Assembly (NCBI GenBank): GCA_965214705.1
Contig: CBDCCI010000002.1
Span: forward strand, 2,848,001-2,912,000
Reading direction: 5' to 3'
DNA from: Alphaproteobacteria bacterium
GTDB lineage: Bacteria; Pseudomonadota; Alphaproteobacteria; UBA828
DNA length: 64,000 nucleotides
Part shown: positions 53,269-63,659 of the stretch, piece after piece
How the letters are laid out: every line of letters starts with the position of its first letter
Numbering within the stretch: the stretch's first letter is position 1
Made by a program: the position numbers and the translations under genes
The notes under the pieces: model-generated
Told to the model about the DNA's origin: nothing
What the model saw: only the letters and a program-made list of their open reading frames with translations
Database searches by the model: none

Positions 53269-53763
53269 ATGTCCCAGACATTGCACCCCACGAAGATCGA
53301 CATTGCCGACAACACGCGCGCCGCGATGGTCGCGCTGCTCAACGCCCGCCTCGCCGACGCGGTGGACCTGGCCACCCAGATGAAGCAGGCCCATTGGAAC
53401 GTGAAGGGCCCCTCCTTCATTGCGCTGCACGAGCTCTTCGACGCCATCCACGTGGCGGTTCAGGGCCATGTCGACAACCTGGCGGAGCGCATCACGGTGC
53501 TCGGTGGCACCGCGCGGGGAACCGCGGCCGTGGCCGCGGCGGACTCAGGGCTTCCCGCCTATCCGCTGGAGATCACGGCGGGCACCGACCACGTGGAGGC
53601 TGTGAGCGTGGCGCTCGCCACCTTCGGCAAGGGCATCCGCGCCGCCATCGCCGAAGCGGGCGATGCCGGTGATGCCGACACCGAGGACCTCTTCGTCGAG
53701 GTCTCGCGCGATATCGACAAGAACCTCTGGCTGGTGGAGGCCCACGCCCAGGCGCAACGTTAG
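53269..53763 (+). CDS. dps: DNA starvation/stationary phase protection protein
   Basis: KQAHWNVKGPSFIALHELFD, DNLAERI, DKNLWLVEAH. Confidence 0.95.
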   Translation: MSQTLHPTKIDIADNTRAAMVALLNARLADAVDLATQMKQAHWNVKGPSFIALHELFDAIHVAVQGHVDNLAERITVLGGTARGTAAVAAADSGLPAYPLEITAGTDHVEAVSVALATFGKGIRAAIAEAGDAGDADTEDLFVEVSRDIDKNLWLVEAHAQAQR

Positions 53764-53873
53764 AGCAAATCCCGACTGGACGTGATCATACCCGGTTGCT
53801 GCGCCGCCCTCGTTACCCATGCAGTGCCGGCCCGAGAATCCCCCTCCTCACCCCGCCCCTCTCCTCCCCGTTG

Positions 53874-55042
53874 GGATTCCTCTGCGAAAGTGGGTTTGCG
53901 GATTGGTTGGCATGTGATTCGTTGCTGCAGCGATGGGGAGGTCGAGTCGATGAGCGGCACGGGTCAGCTGGGATTTGCAGAAGCATTCATGTCTCCGGGG
54001 CTGGGGTCGAACCGGAAGCTGGAGCGTCTGGACGCCTTGATCGACTGGGCTCCTCTCGAGCGTCTGGCCGCGCGCGTGCGCGAGGGGCGGCGGGGTCGTC
54101 CGCCGTATGCGCCTTTGGCGATGCTGAAGGCGCTCTATCTTCAGGCGCTTTACGACCTTTCGGACCCCGGCCTGGAGGAGACGCTGCTGGATCGTCTGTC
54201 GTTCCGGCGTTTCTGCGGCTTTGCGCTGGATGGGGGCACGCCGGACGAGACCACGATCTGCCGCTTTCGCGCGGACGCGGGCGCGGTTCTGGAGGCGGCG
54301 TTCGAGGAGATCAACCGCCAGCTGGACGCCGCCGGCCTGATCCTGCGTAAGGGCACGCTGATGGACGCGACGCTGGTGGCCTCGGCCTCGCGGCCTCCGC
54401 CCTACAAGGCGGGCGCAGGTGCTGGGCACCCACGGGAGCCGGGCGCGGGCTGGACGCGGAAGAAGGGCCGCGGCTTCTTCGGCTACAAGGCGCATCTGGG
54501 GGTCGACCAAGGCTCCGGGCTGATCCGGCGCGTGGCGCTGAGCTCGGCCAAGACTTACGAGAGCGAGGTGGCCGATCGGCTGATCTGCGGCGACGAGGGG
54601 GCGGTCTATGGCGATCGCGCCTACGAAAGCAAGCCGAGACGGGCGAGGCTCAGGGCTGCCGGCATCAAGGACCGCATCATGCACCGGCGCAACAAACACA
54701 TGGCCTCGCTGCCGCCCTGGCAGCAGCGCCGCAACGATCTCATTGCGAGGCGCCGGGCGCCGGTGGAAGCGGTCTTTTCGGCGCTGAAGCGCCTCTACGG
54801 GCTGAGGCGAGCCAGGAGTTGCGTGTTCGAGAGGAACACCGCCCGCCTCTACGCCGCTGCCACCGCCTACAACCTGCGCCGCGCCAGCCTGATTGCGGGC
54901 TGCTGACCGACCAGTGCGCCCGCAAACCGCCGTTTCAGACACAAGATCGTCCAACGACGGCGGCACACGCGCCTCCATCAACACCGCCCAATGCCAAAAC
55001 CTTCCCAAAACATCCCGCTGAGCCGATTTCGCAGAGGAATCC
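53874..55042 (+). mobile_element. IS5-family element inserted in a repeat hairpin loop
   Basis: 16-bp IRs GGATTCCTCTGCGAAA; 4-bp TSD GTTG (53870-53873, 55043-55046). Confidence 0.92.
53950..54906 (+). CDS. IS5-family transposase
   Basis: GRPPY, PDETTICRFR, DATLV, FGYKAH, GDRAY, RAPVE. Confidence 0.93.
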   Translation: MSGTGQLGFAEAFMSPGLGSNRKLERLDALIDWAPLERLAARVREGRRGRPPYAPLAMLKALYLQALYDLSDPGLEETLLDRLSFRRFCGFALDGGTPDETTICRFRADAGAVLEAAFEEINRQLDAAGLILRKGTLMDATLVASASRPPPYKAGAGAGHPREPGAGWTRKKGRGFFGYKAHLGVDQGSGLIRRVALSSAKTYESEVADRLICGDEGAVYGDRAYESKPRRARLRAAGIKDRIMHRRNKHMASLPPWQQRRNDLIARRRAPVEAVFSALKRLYGLRRARSCVFERNTARLYAAATAYNLRRASLIAGC

Positions 55043-55335
55043 GTTGGGGAGGAGAGGGAGAACGGGCGGCGCAGCCACGTCCCCCCTCCGCCCCACTGGG
55101 CCGTAGGCCCGGACGGCGCGACTGCGCCGCGCGCGAAGCGCGTAGACTTACGAGTAAATGTATCGTTAAGCATATATAAGAGGACATAGAACGACATTAT
55201 ATGAATATTTGCAATAGGTTGTTGGAATTCTGCGAAGCGTTCTCCCTTTGCGAGGCGACATGAGATGACTTTCAATCCCTTTCATGTGTTGGGCAGTGTG
55301 TTGACAGTTCGACAGCCCCATGGTCCAGTGTCTCC

Positions 55336-56622
55336 ATGAAGACGAAGCCCGGAAAACGCGTCGCCAAGACCAAGATTACCATCAACAAGCGTGCCGTCGA
55401 TGCCCTCAAGCCCGGCGACAAGCCCTGGATCGCGTGGGATGACAGGCTCACAGGCTTCGGCGTCAGGGTGCACCCCACCGGCGCCAAGTCCTTCATCGTC
55501 AACTACCGTGCGGGTGACGGCGGCAGGAAGGCGCCAAACAAGCAGGTCGTGCTCGGTCGATATGGCAAGATCGCGCCCGGTCAGGCCAGGCGCCTGGCCC
55601 AGACCACCCTCGGCAAAGTGGCCAGCGGCGAGGACCCGGCTGAGGAACGTTCGCAGGCGCGAGGGATGCCGACCCTGGCGGATGCGCTCAAGGACTACCT
55701 GGCTGCCAATCCCAACCGCTCCGAGAACACCAACAAGCTCTACCGCTACGAGGCCGAGCGCTATCTCGGTGACTGGCTCAGCCGCCCACTCGATTCCATC
55801 ACGCGGCGCGAGGTGGAGGCGTGCTTCAACCGCATTACCGTGGACCACGGCTGGTCACCGGCTAACCACGCGATGTCTCTGCTGCGTTCTGTTTACCGCC
55901 GTCCCTGCGTCGATCTCGAAGGTCTGCGCAACCCGGTCGACCTCTGGCTTGCCGCAGGCGGGAAGTTCCATCGCAAGACGCGACGCAAGATCTCCACGCC
56001 CGCCGAGGTGCTGCCCTGTTGGCGAACCGGCATCGAGGCCGAGGTCAAGATGCCGGCCATGAGTGACGCGCTGTGGTTCGGGCTTTACACCGGCATGCGG
56101 CTGAGAGAAGTCCTGACACTGCGCTGGGAGCGAGTAGACATGGTGTCGCTCACCTTCCGCGTCGAGCAGACCAAGACCCGAGTCCCTCTTGAGCTTCCGA
56201 TCACCCGACAACTGGAACTTATCCTTGAGAGGCGTCGGGCGGCGAGGGCGGCGATGCCGGTCACCGTGCGGGACTGGGTGTTCCCTTCTCCGGCCAGCAA
56301 GTCCGGGCATGTCGAGGACCCGCACTATCTTTACCCGCGCATCACGAAGACGGGCGGTGCGAAGTTCTGGTTCCATGCGTTCCGCAACTGCTTCATCACG
56401 GTGGCCGAGCGTGACTTGATGCTTCCCTCGCCGTTGACCAAGCGCCTTGTGAACCACGCCAGACCCAACGACGTGACGGAGGGCTACGCTGCGGACTGGA
56501 CGATCGCCCAACTGCGCGAACCAGCTCAGAGGGTTGCCAATCGGATAGACGCACTGATGAGCCATGCGCCGGAGAGCACCGCCGAACAGGATGGGATTCC
56601 AGTCGACGCCGGCACTGGTTGA
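55336..56622 (+). CDS. Tyrosine recombinase/integrase with arm-binding domain
   Basis: WDDRLTGFGVRV arm domain; TGMR, HAFR, VNH, TEGY catalytic residues. Confidence 0.9.
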   Translation: MKTKPGKRVAKTKITINKRAVDALKPGDKPWIAWDDRLTGFGVRVHPTGAKSFIVNYRAGDGGRKAPNKQVVLGRYGKIAPGQARRLAQTTLGKVASGEDPAEERSQARGMPTLADALKDYLAANPNRSENTNKLYRYEAERYLGDWLSRPLDSITRREVEACFNRITVDHGWSPANHAMSLLRSVYRRPCVDLEGLRNPVDLWLAAGGKFHRKTRRKISTPAEVLPCWRTGIEAEVKMPAMSDALWFGLYTGMRLREVLTLRWERVDMVSLTFRVEQTKTRVPLELPITRQLELILERRRAARAAMPVTVRDWVFPSPASKSGHVEDPHYLYPRITKTGGAKFWFHAFRNCFITVAERDLMLPSPLTKRLVNHARPNDVTEGYAADWTIAQLREPAQRVANRIDALMSHAPESTAEQDGIPVDAGTG

Positions 56623-57227
56623 GACGCGGCCGGCAAGGAACGCATTCTCGATCATCGCTCCCTCGCGGCTCAGTCCCGTGTCGTCGTAGTCCGGGCGTGC
56701 TGGCGCCGGCGACCAACTCGCGACCGCGGGTCTCCAACAAGGCGCTGTGTCGGGGCCGAGCGCATGTGAGCGCGCGAAGCCTCGCACATATCACCTTTGA
56801 AGAGAGGCGGCGGTGATCCGTCCCACGCGTCGAGCAGTTCTCCGGATGCGGGATGGGAAAGGAACGAATGGAATGAGGATCACCGCCGATCGCTGACAGG
56901 CTGTGGCTCATTCGCACTCGCTGAGCACGTCGTCTGGGAAGCCGACCACGAACGGCTCAGTGCAGTCGATGCCCAAGAAGACGCGCGTCGGAGGCGGCGC
57001 CTCGACGATCGGCGGGTCGCCCCTACACGTTGGGGTGTCGGCCGTGACCACTTCTGAACTGTTTCGCAATCGCTGCTTCAGCCAGGAGATTGGCTCGCAA
57101 TCGGTACTCGGCCGGCCAGCTGGGCTGGCCGGCCAGTGCTCGACTCCACTTTCCCGGCCCCAATGATGCCTGTCTCCTTGGTGCGTACGCCAGACGGAAA
57201 ACTGGGAGAGGTAGCCGCCAAGGCGCC

Positions 57228-57638
57228 TCAGACCGCCTCAGGAGCCTCGCCATGCCGCGTATCCTCGCCCGCGGTGACGAAGAGCATGGCACTCCTCTCG
57301 TGCGGCCGCGCGGTATGCCAGGTGCCTTGAGGAACGATCACATAGGAGCCGGGCTCGCCAAGGCGAACCGCACGCTCGGTGCCGGCGAACCACAACACGA
57401 AGTCGACATCGCCGAACAGCAGATAGACAATTTCGTCGCCCTTCGGATGCATCTCCCAGGTGCCCCACGGTTCGGTGAATTCATGTGTCGAGATCAGCAA
57501 GTGGCCGGCAAAGCCGCCGAACTCTGCGTCGAGCTCGCTGTAGAAATCGGGCCCGATCCGCTTCGGCGTTGCGCGGCCTCGCGGATCCATGACCAGGCGG
57601 ACGGTCTCCAGATCGAACGGTCCAACATTGCGTGTCAT
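57228..57638 (-). CDS. Cupin domain protein
   Basis: WEMHPKGDE, VPQGTWH. Confidence 0.85.
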   Translation of the reverse strand: MTRNVGPFDLETVRLVMDPRGRATPKRIGPDFYSELDAEFGGFAGHLLISTHEFTEPWGTWEMHPKGDEIVYLLFGDVDFVLWFAGTERAVRLGEPGSYVIVPQGTWHTARPHERSAMLFVTAGEDTRHGEAPEAV

Positions 57639-57671
57639 GGTGAGTCTCTCCTTGGTTCGATCACAATCCTT

Positions 57672-58149
57672 TCACGGGGCGGACCGGGGCATGGACTTAT
57701 TGGCCCACAACCAGATGCAGATTGTGGCGATTTTGATCATTGCGATGTAGTTGGCGGCGAGCTTTTCATTGCGTGTTACGATGCGCCGGGACCGTTTGAA
57801 TTTGTTTGAAGAAGCGCTCGACTTGGTTGCGCAGGCGGTAGAGATCGCGGCTGAAAGCATGGAGCGCCGTGGCGCCTCTGCGGTCAGGCATGATGGGCAC
57901 CGCATCCTGGGCCTTGATCATCGCCCTGGTCCATTCCGCGTCGCAGGCCTTGTCGGCGAGCACGAAGCCGTCGGGCGACAGGTGACCGTCCAGCCAGGGC
58001 CCCGGCGAGCGTGCTGTCGTGGGCTTGCCCTGAGCTCCAGGCGAAGCGGAGCGGCAGGCCGCTGGCGTCGCGCGGCCACGCGCGCGGAGCGCACGATGAC
58101 CACGGTGTCGATCTTCATCGTCATACCGCCTCGGGAACGATCCATGCAA
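57672..58149 (-). pseudogene. Degenerate IS5-family transposase
   Basis: LADKACD, YRLRNQVERFF then frameshift to NKFKRSRRIVTRNEKLAANY. Confidence 0.75.
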
Positions 58150-58266
58150 CGATCCGGCCCCCCCCTTTCTAGCACCACAGCGTGCGTCCTCAAGCGCCCC
58201 ACACGATCTTGGTTGTTAGACTCATGATCAGAAAAGCGGCCCGCCGGAGGGCTGATGATTACCTTG

Positions 58267-58806
58267 CTATGACATTTCTCTCACAAAAACTTCAGTGTCT
58301 TCTGTCGACAGGCGGTCCGATTTCGTAAATCGGACTTTTTCCAGAACTCTTGCCGAGGCCTTGTTGTCGATTCCAACGCCACTCTGAATTCTCGATACGC
58401 TTCCGCAGGATTGCAGATGCTCGATCAATCCTGACAACAGCTCAGTTGCATAACCCTTTCCCCATGCTTCTTCCGCAAGCATGTAGCCAAGGTGCAAGGT
58501 GCTGCTGCCGTCATCTTCTGATACATCTGCGAGAACAAGCAGCCCGAGCAGCGCCGAGTGCTTCAGATCACGTACCGCCAGAACCTCCGCCTCCGCATTG
58601 CGATCCGCTGTCCACCGCGCTATGGCATCACGCTCTTGTTCCACATAAAGCACTTCGGGCAGGTGCTGCATCACGTTGCTCGTCAGGATTGACGTCAGTT
58701 CCTCTATCAGCACCTCTCGCGACGAAGGGTCTGCCAGCAGCGGTCGCCAGTTCTCGACCGTCAGTCGAGCGGTCTTGAAGCATCCTGTGTGTCTGCGGGT
58801 TTTCAT
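58267..58806 (-). CDS. GNAT N-acetyltransferase (RimJ/RimL-like)
   Basis: TARL, LGYMLAEEAWGKGYATE, NKASARVLEK. Confidence 0.85.
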   Translation of the reverse strand: MKTRRHTGCFKTARLTVENWRPLLADPSSREVLIEELTSILTSNVMQHLPEVLYVEQERDAIARWTADRNAEAEVLAVRDLKHSALLGLLVLADVSEDDGSSTLHLGYMLAEEAWGKGYATELLSGLIEHLQSCGSVSRIQSGVGIDNKASARVLEKVRFTKSDRLSTEDTEVFVREMS

Positions 58807-60200
58807 TCGCGCCGCCGGGCTCGTTTGCTTCAAAGTATCGGAACAGCGGCGTCCCTGCATGCCAAGTCCCAACTCTCTCGGTTTCGTCCAGCGGCACTCG
58901 CCTTTCACGGTAGCTGCAGAGCTTCGTGGTCTCCGTGACGTGCCGGCCGAGTGCCGGGTAGCATCGACGTGCGCCTCCGGGTGCGCCGGATAGGTCGCAG
59001 TGCCGTTTGCCCGACAACTGTGGTTGCAGGCGACCGACTGAACTCGCTGTTCCCGTCCGCCGACAGATCGTTTCCCAGGCCTTGTGACGGTTGAACCAAC
59101 GGGCGATGCGCGAGATGTCACGATTGAGCACCCGGAAGAGAGGCCGTCCCGACCGGTGCGTAAATTGGCCGATGCGTCTCATCTCGCGCAGAAGACATGT
59201 CGTGGCCACCCCGACAATCAACACGACAAGCTTCGCGCGGCGGCTCATAGACGCGGCGCCCAGCCGTTCCGACTGTGGCGATGACCGCGCACGGCGAGGA
59301 ACTCGACCACGATCTGTGTTGATCGGGACCAATTTTGAGCGCGCCCAAAGAGCTCCGGGCGTAGGCTGCTTGGCCACTGCTCCTGGCCGCCATTCCGTGC
59401 ATTGCAATCACCTTCATGCGTTGTGCATTACACCCGCCGAAACAACTCGCAGCCCCCTTGAACCGCTTCAAGACAATCGCGAAGCTGCTCCGTCACAGAG
59501 TTTCGTGTCAGATTGTGTCGCTCGAGACAGTCAAAACTCACGGCAATGCGAAAGCTGGGCTTCATTTCCTGTTCGATATCGTTGAACACGAGAAGACTCC
59601 TGTCCTGTTCAATTCTTCTGCCCCTCATTCGTCCCGCGAGTTGCTGATCCGTTGGTCGGCGCGGTGGGTGGTTTTCACCAAAGACAATCGTATCTATCCC
59701 GGCCATTCCGACCACGATCAAGTTCAGGTGTCTGTGTTTGTCAATATTGCAGAGGTCTCGCAGCGTCCGAAATACTTGAGCATAGCAGGGGTGGGGTCGG
59801 CCATTGATCGGCAGTTGAAGCATCGGATTGAAGGGCTGCAAGAAACGAATTGTCTTCTTGCATTCGTCCTCAACGCCTTTCAGTTTATTCTGGGTGCTGC
59901 GCTTCGTCCAATCCGCTTCCTCATCCAAGATCGGGAATTGGTTAGCTTTCGATGGCTTCTGTCCGTTGGCGACGACGAGTTGCCATACAAGATGATCTAG
60001 TGCCGATCGCAGATTGTAAAGAATCTCTCCTGCTCGAATCGACCATTCAATCGGCACCTCGGGTGTCGCGCCGCGATAAGACCACATCTGCTCACCCGCA
60101 TCTCTGTCAATCTCGTGGACAATGTAAGCGGTACGCAGACCCCATATCGGAATCTGGGTTGACTACGGAGAGTTTTGGATGAGCGCTGTGAGCGCGCGAG

Positions 60201-61910
60201 TCACTTTGCCTCGGGCTGGAAGTTCCACGGCAGCAGCTCTTGGATGCCCGACTGCGGGTGGCCCTTGGCGATCTTCTCGAGCGTGCTCCGCATCCAGGCG
60301 TAGGGCTCGACGCCGTTCATCTTGCAGGTCTCGATCAGCGAGGCGATGCGGGCCCAGGCTTGCGCACCCTCGTCGTTGCCGGCGAAGAGCGCATTCTTGG
60401 CTGTGAGCTTCAGCGGCCGGATTCGGTTTTCCACCAGGTTCGAGTCGATCTCGACACGACCGTCGTGCAGGAACTCCAGCAGCCCGTCCCACTGGTTGGC
60501 GATATAGGTCAGCTTCTCGCCGAGACGGGAGCGCGGTGAGACGCGCGAGCGCTGCTCGTCGAGCCAGACCCCGAAGGCGTTCACGATCGGCGCCGACTCC
60601 TCCCAACGGATCGCGCGGCGCTCCGCCGGCGGCTTGCCCCGGATCTTCTTCTCGATCGCATAGAGCTTCGCGATCCGATTCAGACCGGCCAGCGCGATCG
60701 GCGATGCGCTCGAGTCGTATACCTCTTTCAGCTTCCGTCTTACGTGCGCCCAACAGAGGGCCCGCGTCACAGGGCCTTCCGCCCGGTCCGGCCGCGCCAA
60801 GGTGTTGTGGCCCGAGTAGCCGTCGAGCTGCACCGTCCCCGAAAAGCCTTCCATAAGCTCGGCGCCATACTTGCCGCCGCGGCCGGGCGCATAGCGATAG
60901 ACGACGCCCGGCGGGTCCGTGCCGCTCCAGTGGCGCTCGTCACGCACAAGGGTCCACATGTAGCCCGTCTTCGTCCTGCCGAGGCCAGGGGCGAGAACAC
61001 GGATCGTGGTCTCGTCCAGACCCAGGTGGTCCGACTGCTTCAGCTCCGCCGTCAGGCAATCGACCACGGGGCGCAGGTGAAACGACGCCTGGCCCACCCA
61101 CGTCGCCAGCGTCGCGCGGTGAACCTCGATCCCCGAGCGCTCGTAGATCTGCGACTGGCGATAGAGCGGGCAATGATCGCCGTACTTCGAGATCAGCACG
61201 TGCGCCAGAAGAGCCTCGGTGGGAAGGCCGCCCTCCACCAGAGAGGCCGGTGCCGACGCCTGCACCACTCCGCCTCCCTTGCACTTGTTGCAGGCGTAGC
61301 GGGGGCGCACCGTCTCGATGACGGTGAACTTCGCCGGCTCATAGTCCAGCCGCTCGCTGCGATCCTCGCCGATCTTCGTCATCTCGCCGCAGCCGCAAGG
61401 GCACATGATCGTGTCCGGCTCGATCACCTCCTCGCGCCGATCGAGATGAGCTCCGAAGCGCACCCCGCTGCGCGATCCCCGGGAAGACCGCCGCCGGCGC
61501 TTGCCGCCAGCCTCCTCGTCCCGGTCCTCTGCCTCAGGCCGACCGCCGGCTTCTGCGATCGCCGCCCAAAACTCCTCGAACGAAAGCTGGCGCTCGTCCT
61601 CGCCGAGCTTCTCGGACTTCTTGCCGAACAGTGCGTTCCTGAGCTCCTTGTTGAGATGCTCAAGGCGGCCGATCTGCTCCGCGCTCTGCGCGTTCTCGGC
61701 CTCCAACCGCGCAGCCCGCGCTTCCGCCGTCTGGCGCGCTGCCTCCGCTGCGCTGCGTGCCTGCTCCGCGTCATGCAGCGCGGCTTCCGTCGCCCGGCGC
61801 GCCGCGCGCTCGTCGTCAAGCTCCGCCTGCAGGGCCACCAGCGACGCCGAAACCACCGCAGGCGACGGCGAACCGGCGCTGCTGAGGGGTGGGGGCGTGG
61901 CCTGCGGCAT
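60201..61910 (-). CDS. tnpC: IS66 transposase TnpC
   Basis: FGKKSE, CPCGC zinc finger, LDET, DGYSG, CWAHVRR, NLVENRIR. Confidence 0.93.
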   Translation of the reverse strand: MPQATPPPLSSAGSPSPAVVSASLVALQAELDDERAARRATEAALHDAEQARSAAEAARQTAEARAARLEAENAQSAEQIGRLEHLNKELRNALFGKKSEKLGEDERQLSFEEFWAAIAEAGGRPEAEDRDEEAGGKRRRRSSRGSRSGVRFGAHLDRREEVIEPDTIMCPCGCGEMTKIGEDRSERLDYEPAKFTVIETVRPRYACNKCKGGGVVQASAPASLVEGGLPTEALLAHVLISKYGDHCPLYRQSQIYERSGIEVHRATLATWVGQASFHLRPVVDCLTAELKQSDHLGLDETTIRVLAPGLGRTKTGYMWTLVRDERHWSGTDPPGVVYRYAPGRGGKYGAELMEGFSGTVQLDGYSGHNTLARPDRAEGPVTRALCWAHVRRKLKEVYDSSASPIALAGLNRIAKLYAIEKKIRGKPPAERRAIRWEESAPIVNAFGVWLDEQRSRVSPRSRLGEKLTYIANQWDGLLEFLHDGRVEIDSNLVENRIRPLKLTAKNALFAGNDEGAQAWARIASLIETCKMNGVEPYAWMRSTLEKIAKGHPQSGIQELLPWNFQPEAK

Positions 61911-62003
61911 GGACCACCTCCTAATCCGATTCGCCGATGCGTGACCAGACCAAATGGCGGGGCATCGACCAAAATCTGCGAGCACCCCGGCCTGCGTGTC
62001 GCC

Positions 62004-62354
62004 TCACTCCGCTGCCAGCGGGCGGCGAACCGGGCGAGCCTTCACCCGGCGCCAGTCCAGACCTTCGAAGAGGGCCTCGAACTGGCCCTTCGTAAGGCGC
62101 ATCACACCGTCCTCGATCCGGGGCCAGGCGAAGCGACCCTGCTCAAGACGCTTGTAGGTCATCACCAGACCGGTGCCGTCCCAGGTGAGCAGCTTCAATC
62201 TGTCGCCGCGGCGCGAGCGGAAGATGACGATCACCCCGGAATAGATATCGAGGTCAAGCTCCCCCGCCGCCGTCGCCGCAAGCGCGTCGTGGCCGCGACG
62301 AAAATCAACCGGCCGCGTCGCCAACACGATGCGAAGCGAGGGGACGGCGATCAT
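62004..62354 (-). CDS. tnpB: IS66 accessory protein TnpB
   Basis: VDFRRG, LKLLTWDGTG, KRLEQGRF. Confidence 0.93.
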   Translation of the reverse strand: MIAVPSLRIVLATRPVDFRRGHDALAATAAGELDLDIYSGVIVIFRSRRGDRLKLLTWDGTGLVMTYKRLEQGRFAWPRIEDGVMRLTKGQFEALFEGLDWRRVKARPVRRPLAAE

Positions 62355-62806
62355 GACGACGCCCGACCCAGACCCGAGGCCACCGCAACAATCCGATCGA
62401 CCGCGCTCTCCACCGGAAGGCGAACGACGACGCCCAGCGCCTCGATCGCCACCGTCTGCTCGGACGTCACGCTATCAACCACCACGGGAACAAATGGCGG
62501 TGCAGATCCACCAATCTGAGCGCCCGGAAGAGTTCCCTCCCGCGCGCGCCGCCGCCACTTGGTCAGGGTCGTATCGCTGACGCCATGGCGGCGCGCGACC
62601 GCCGCAACCGAAGATCCCGGCTCAAAGCTCTCCGAGACAATCCGCGCCTTCTCATCGTCCGGCCAGCGTCGCATGTGGGCCGGCACAGACAGAGCCGGGG
62701 CGGCTCCCTCAGAAGCTGGGATCTCAACCGAAGCAACAGCGACACCGTCGCCAGGTGCCAAAATCGAATCTGTCATCGCGATCTCTCCTGTGTGGCTCGT
62801 GGTCAA
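62351..62806 (-). CDS. tnpA: IS66 accessory protein TnpA (HTH)
   Basis: RRWPDDEKARIVSES...SVAAVARRHGV...WRR. Confidence 0.88.
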   Translation of the reverse strand: MTTSHTGEIAMTDSILAPGDGVAVASVEIPASEGAAPALSVPAHMRRWPDDEKARIVSESFEPGSSVAAVARRHGVSDTTLTKWRRRAREGTLPGAQIGGSAPPFVPVVVDSVTSEQTVAIEALGVVVRLPVESAVDRIVAVASGLGRASS

Positions 62807-62982
62807 GGCGGAGAGTCAGCCCCGAAATCAGTTCCGCTGGAAGTATGGGGGCCCGATACCGCTTACTGGACAATTGACCGCTTGATGTTCAAACAGAATT
62901 CATCGATATCAGCGTTGAGCGCGCCAACTTGACGGCTTGCCCGATCAATCTTTGCATCGATCCCGCTGAAATCGATCACGCT

Positions 62983-63240
62983 TCAGTATCCGACATTGAG
63001 AGCCAGCGATTCCGGTAGAGCCACATCTTCGGAGATTCCCGCGTCCCGCCCCTGCGCCGTTGCCATGCCGGCAGCAGGCGCTGCGTCGGCACCAGCGAGC
63101 CCTTGTAGGCGGGCTCTGTGGTGGTTGGTCAGTGTGCCCGCCGAGAGCGCCTTCGCCGCCGCATCATCGGGAGGGACCAATCGTTTTGGATCGCCCGGCA
63201 CCCGCTCGCTCACCCAGTCCACCAGAGATCTAGCGGTTCC
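62983..63240 (-). pseudogene. Degenerate C-terminal fragment of an MmeI-like type IIG methyltransferase gene
   Basis: VPGDPKRLVPPDDAAAKALSAGTLTN...A...ISEDVAL..LALN resembles the RTLTNLYN...LDAAVAAAYGW...LLALN tail. Confidence 0.55.
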
Positions 63241-63489
63241 AAGCGGTTCGCATTCGGCCACTCCGCTCAGAATACGCCGTGACGAAACGTCAGTCAAACC
63301 CGTCCCACACAGAGAATTCAGAAAATGTGCGTTCTTTCAGATGGTTATGGTTCCGGCTGTGGTTCTTGAAGGGGTGGTTGGGTTGTCTTCCGAGCTTGCC
63401 ACCACAGCCCAATCAGCGGTCGCTCTGCTTTCCTGAGCTGGGGAGGGTTTGGTTGGTTGGACCTCGCGCAACCTGGAATCGAACGACCA

Positions 63490-63610
63490 GGAATTTTTGT
63501 CCGGACCGGGCGTGTCATTGGAACGGACGAGCGTGTACCTGATGGACGAGCGCGGAGAGACCGTCAGGGACGCGAACACTCCAAATGAAGCTGATTCCCT
63601 TGTGGTCTCT
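63490..63610 (+). pseudogene. IS110-family transposase N-terminal remnant
   Basis: GVSLERTSVYLMDERGETVR resembles GLDVSL..TSVC.VD..G.IVRE. Confidence 0.45.
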
Positions 63611-63659
63611 TCGCCCATACGTGGTGCCAACTACCCGCGGCGGTCCTCGTTTCCCGGTT

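Larger units (their letters stand above)
60124..62866 (-). mobile_element. IS66-family element
   Basis: Termini GTAAGCGGTA / TACCGCTTAC; 8-bp TSD TGGACAAT (60116-60123, 62867-62874). Confidence 0.95.
59428..62979 (-). pseudogene. Hypothetical helical protein (possibly HEPN-like) interrupted by IS66
   Basis: Excising IS66 joins VIDFSGIDAKIDRA...KRSIVHEIDRDAGEQMWSY in frame; motifs NLRSALDHL, QFPI, CNIDKHR. Confidence 0.75.

Noticed and set aside
56622-59430. Integron cassette array next to the integrase (GTTAGAC near 58216)
   Set aside because: The integrase has an arm-binding domain and no visible IntI insertion; no convincing paired attC sites.
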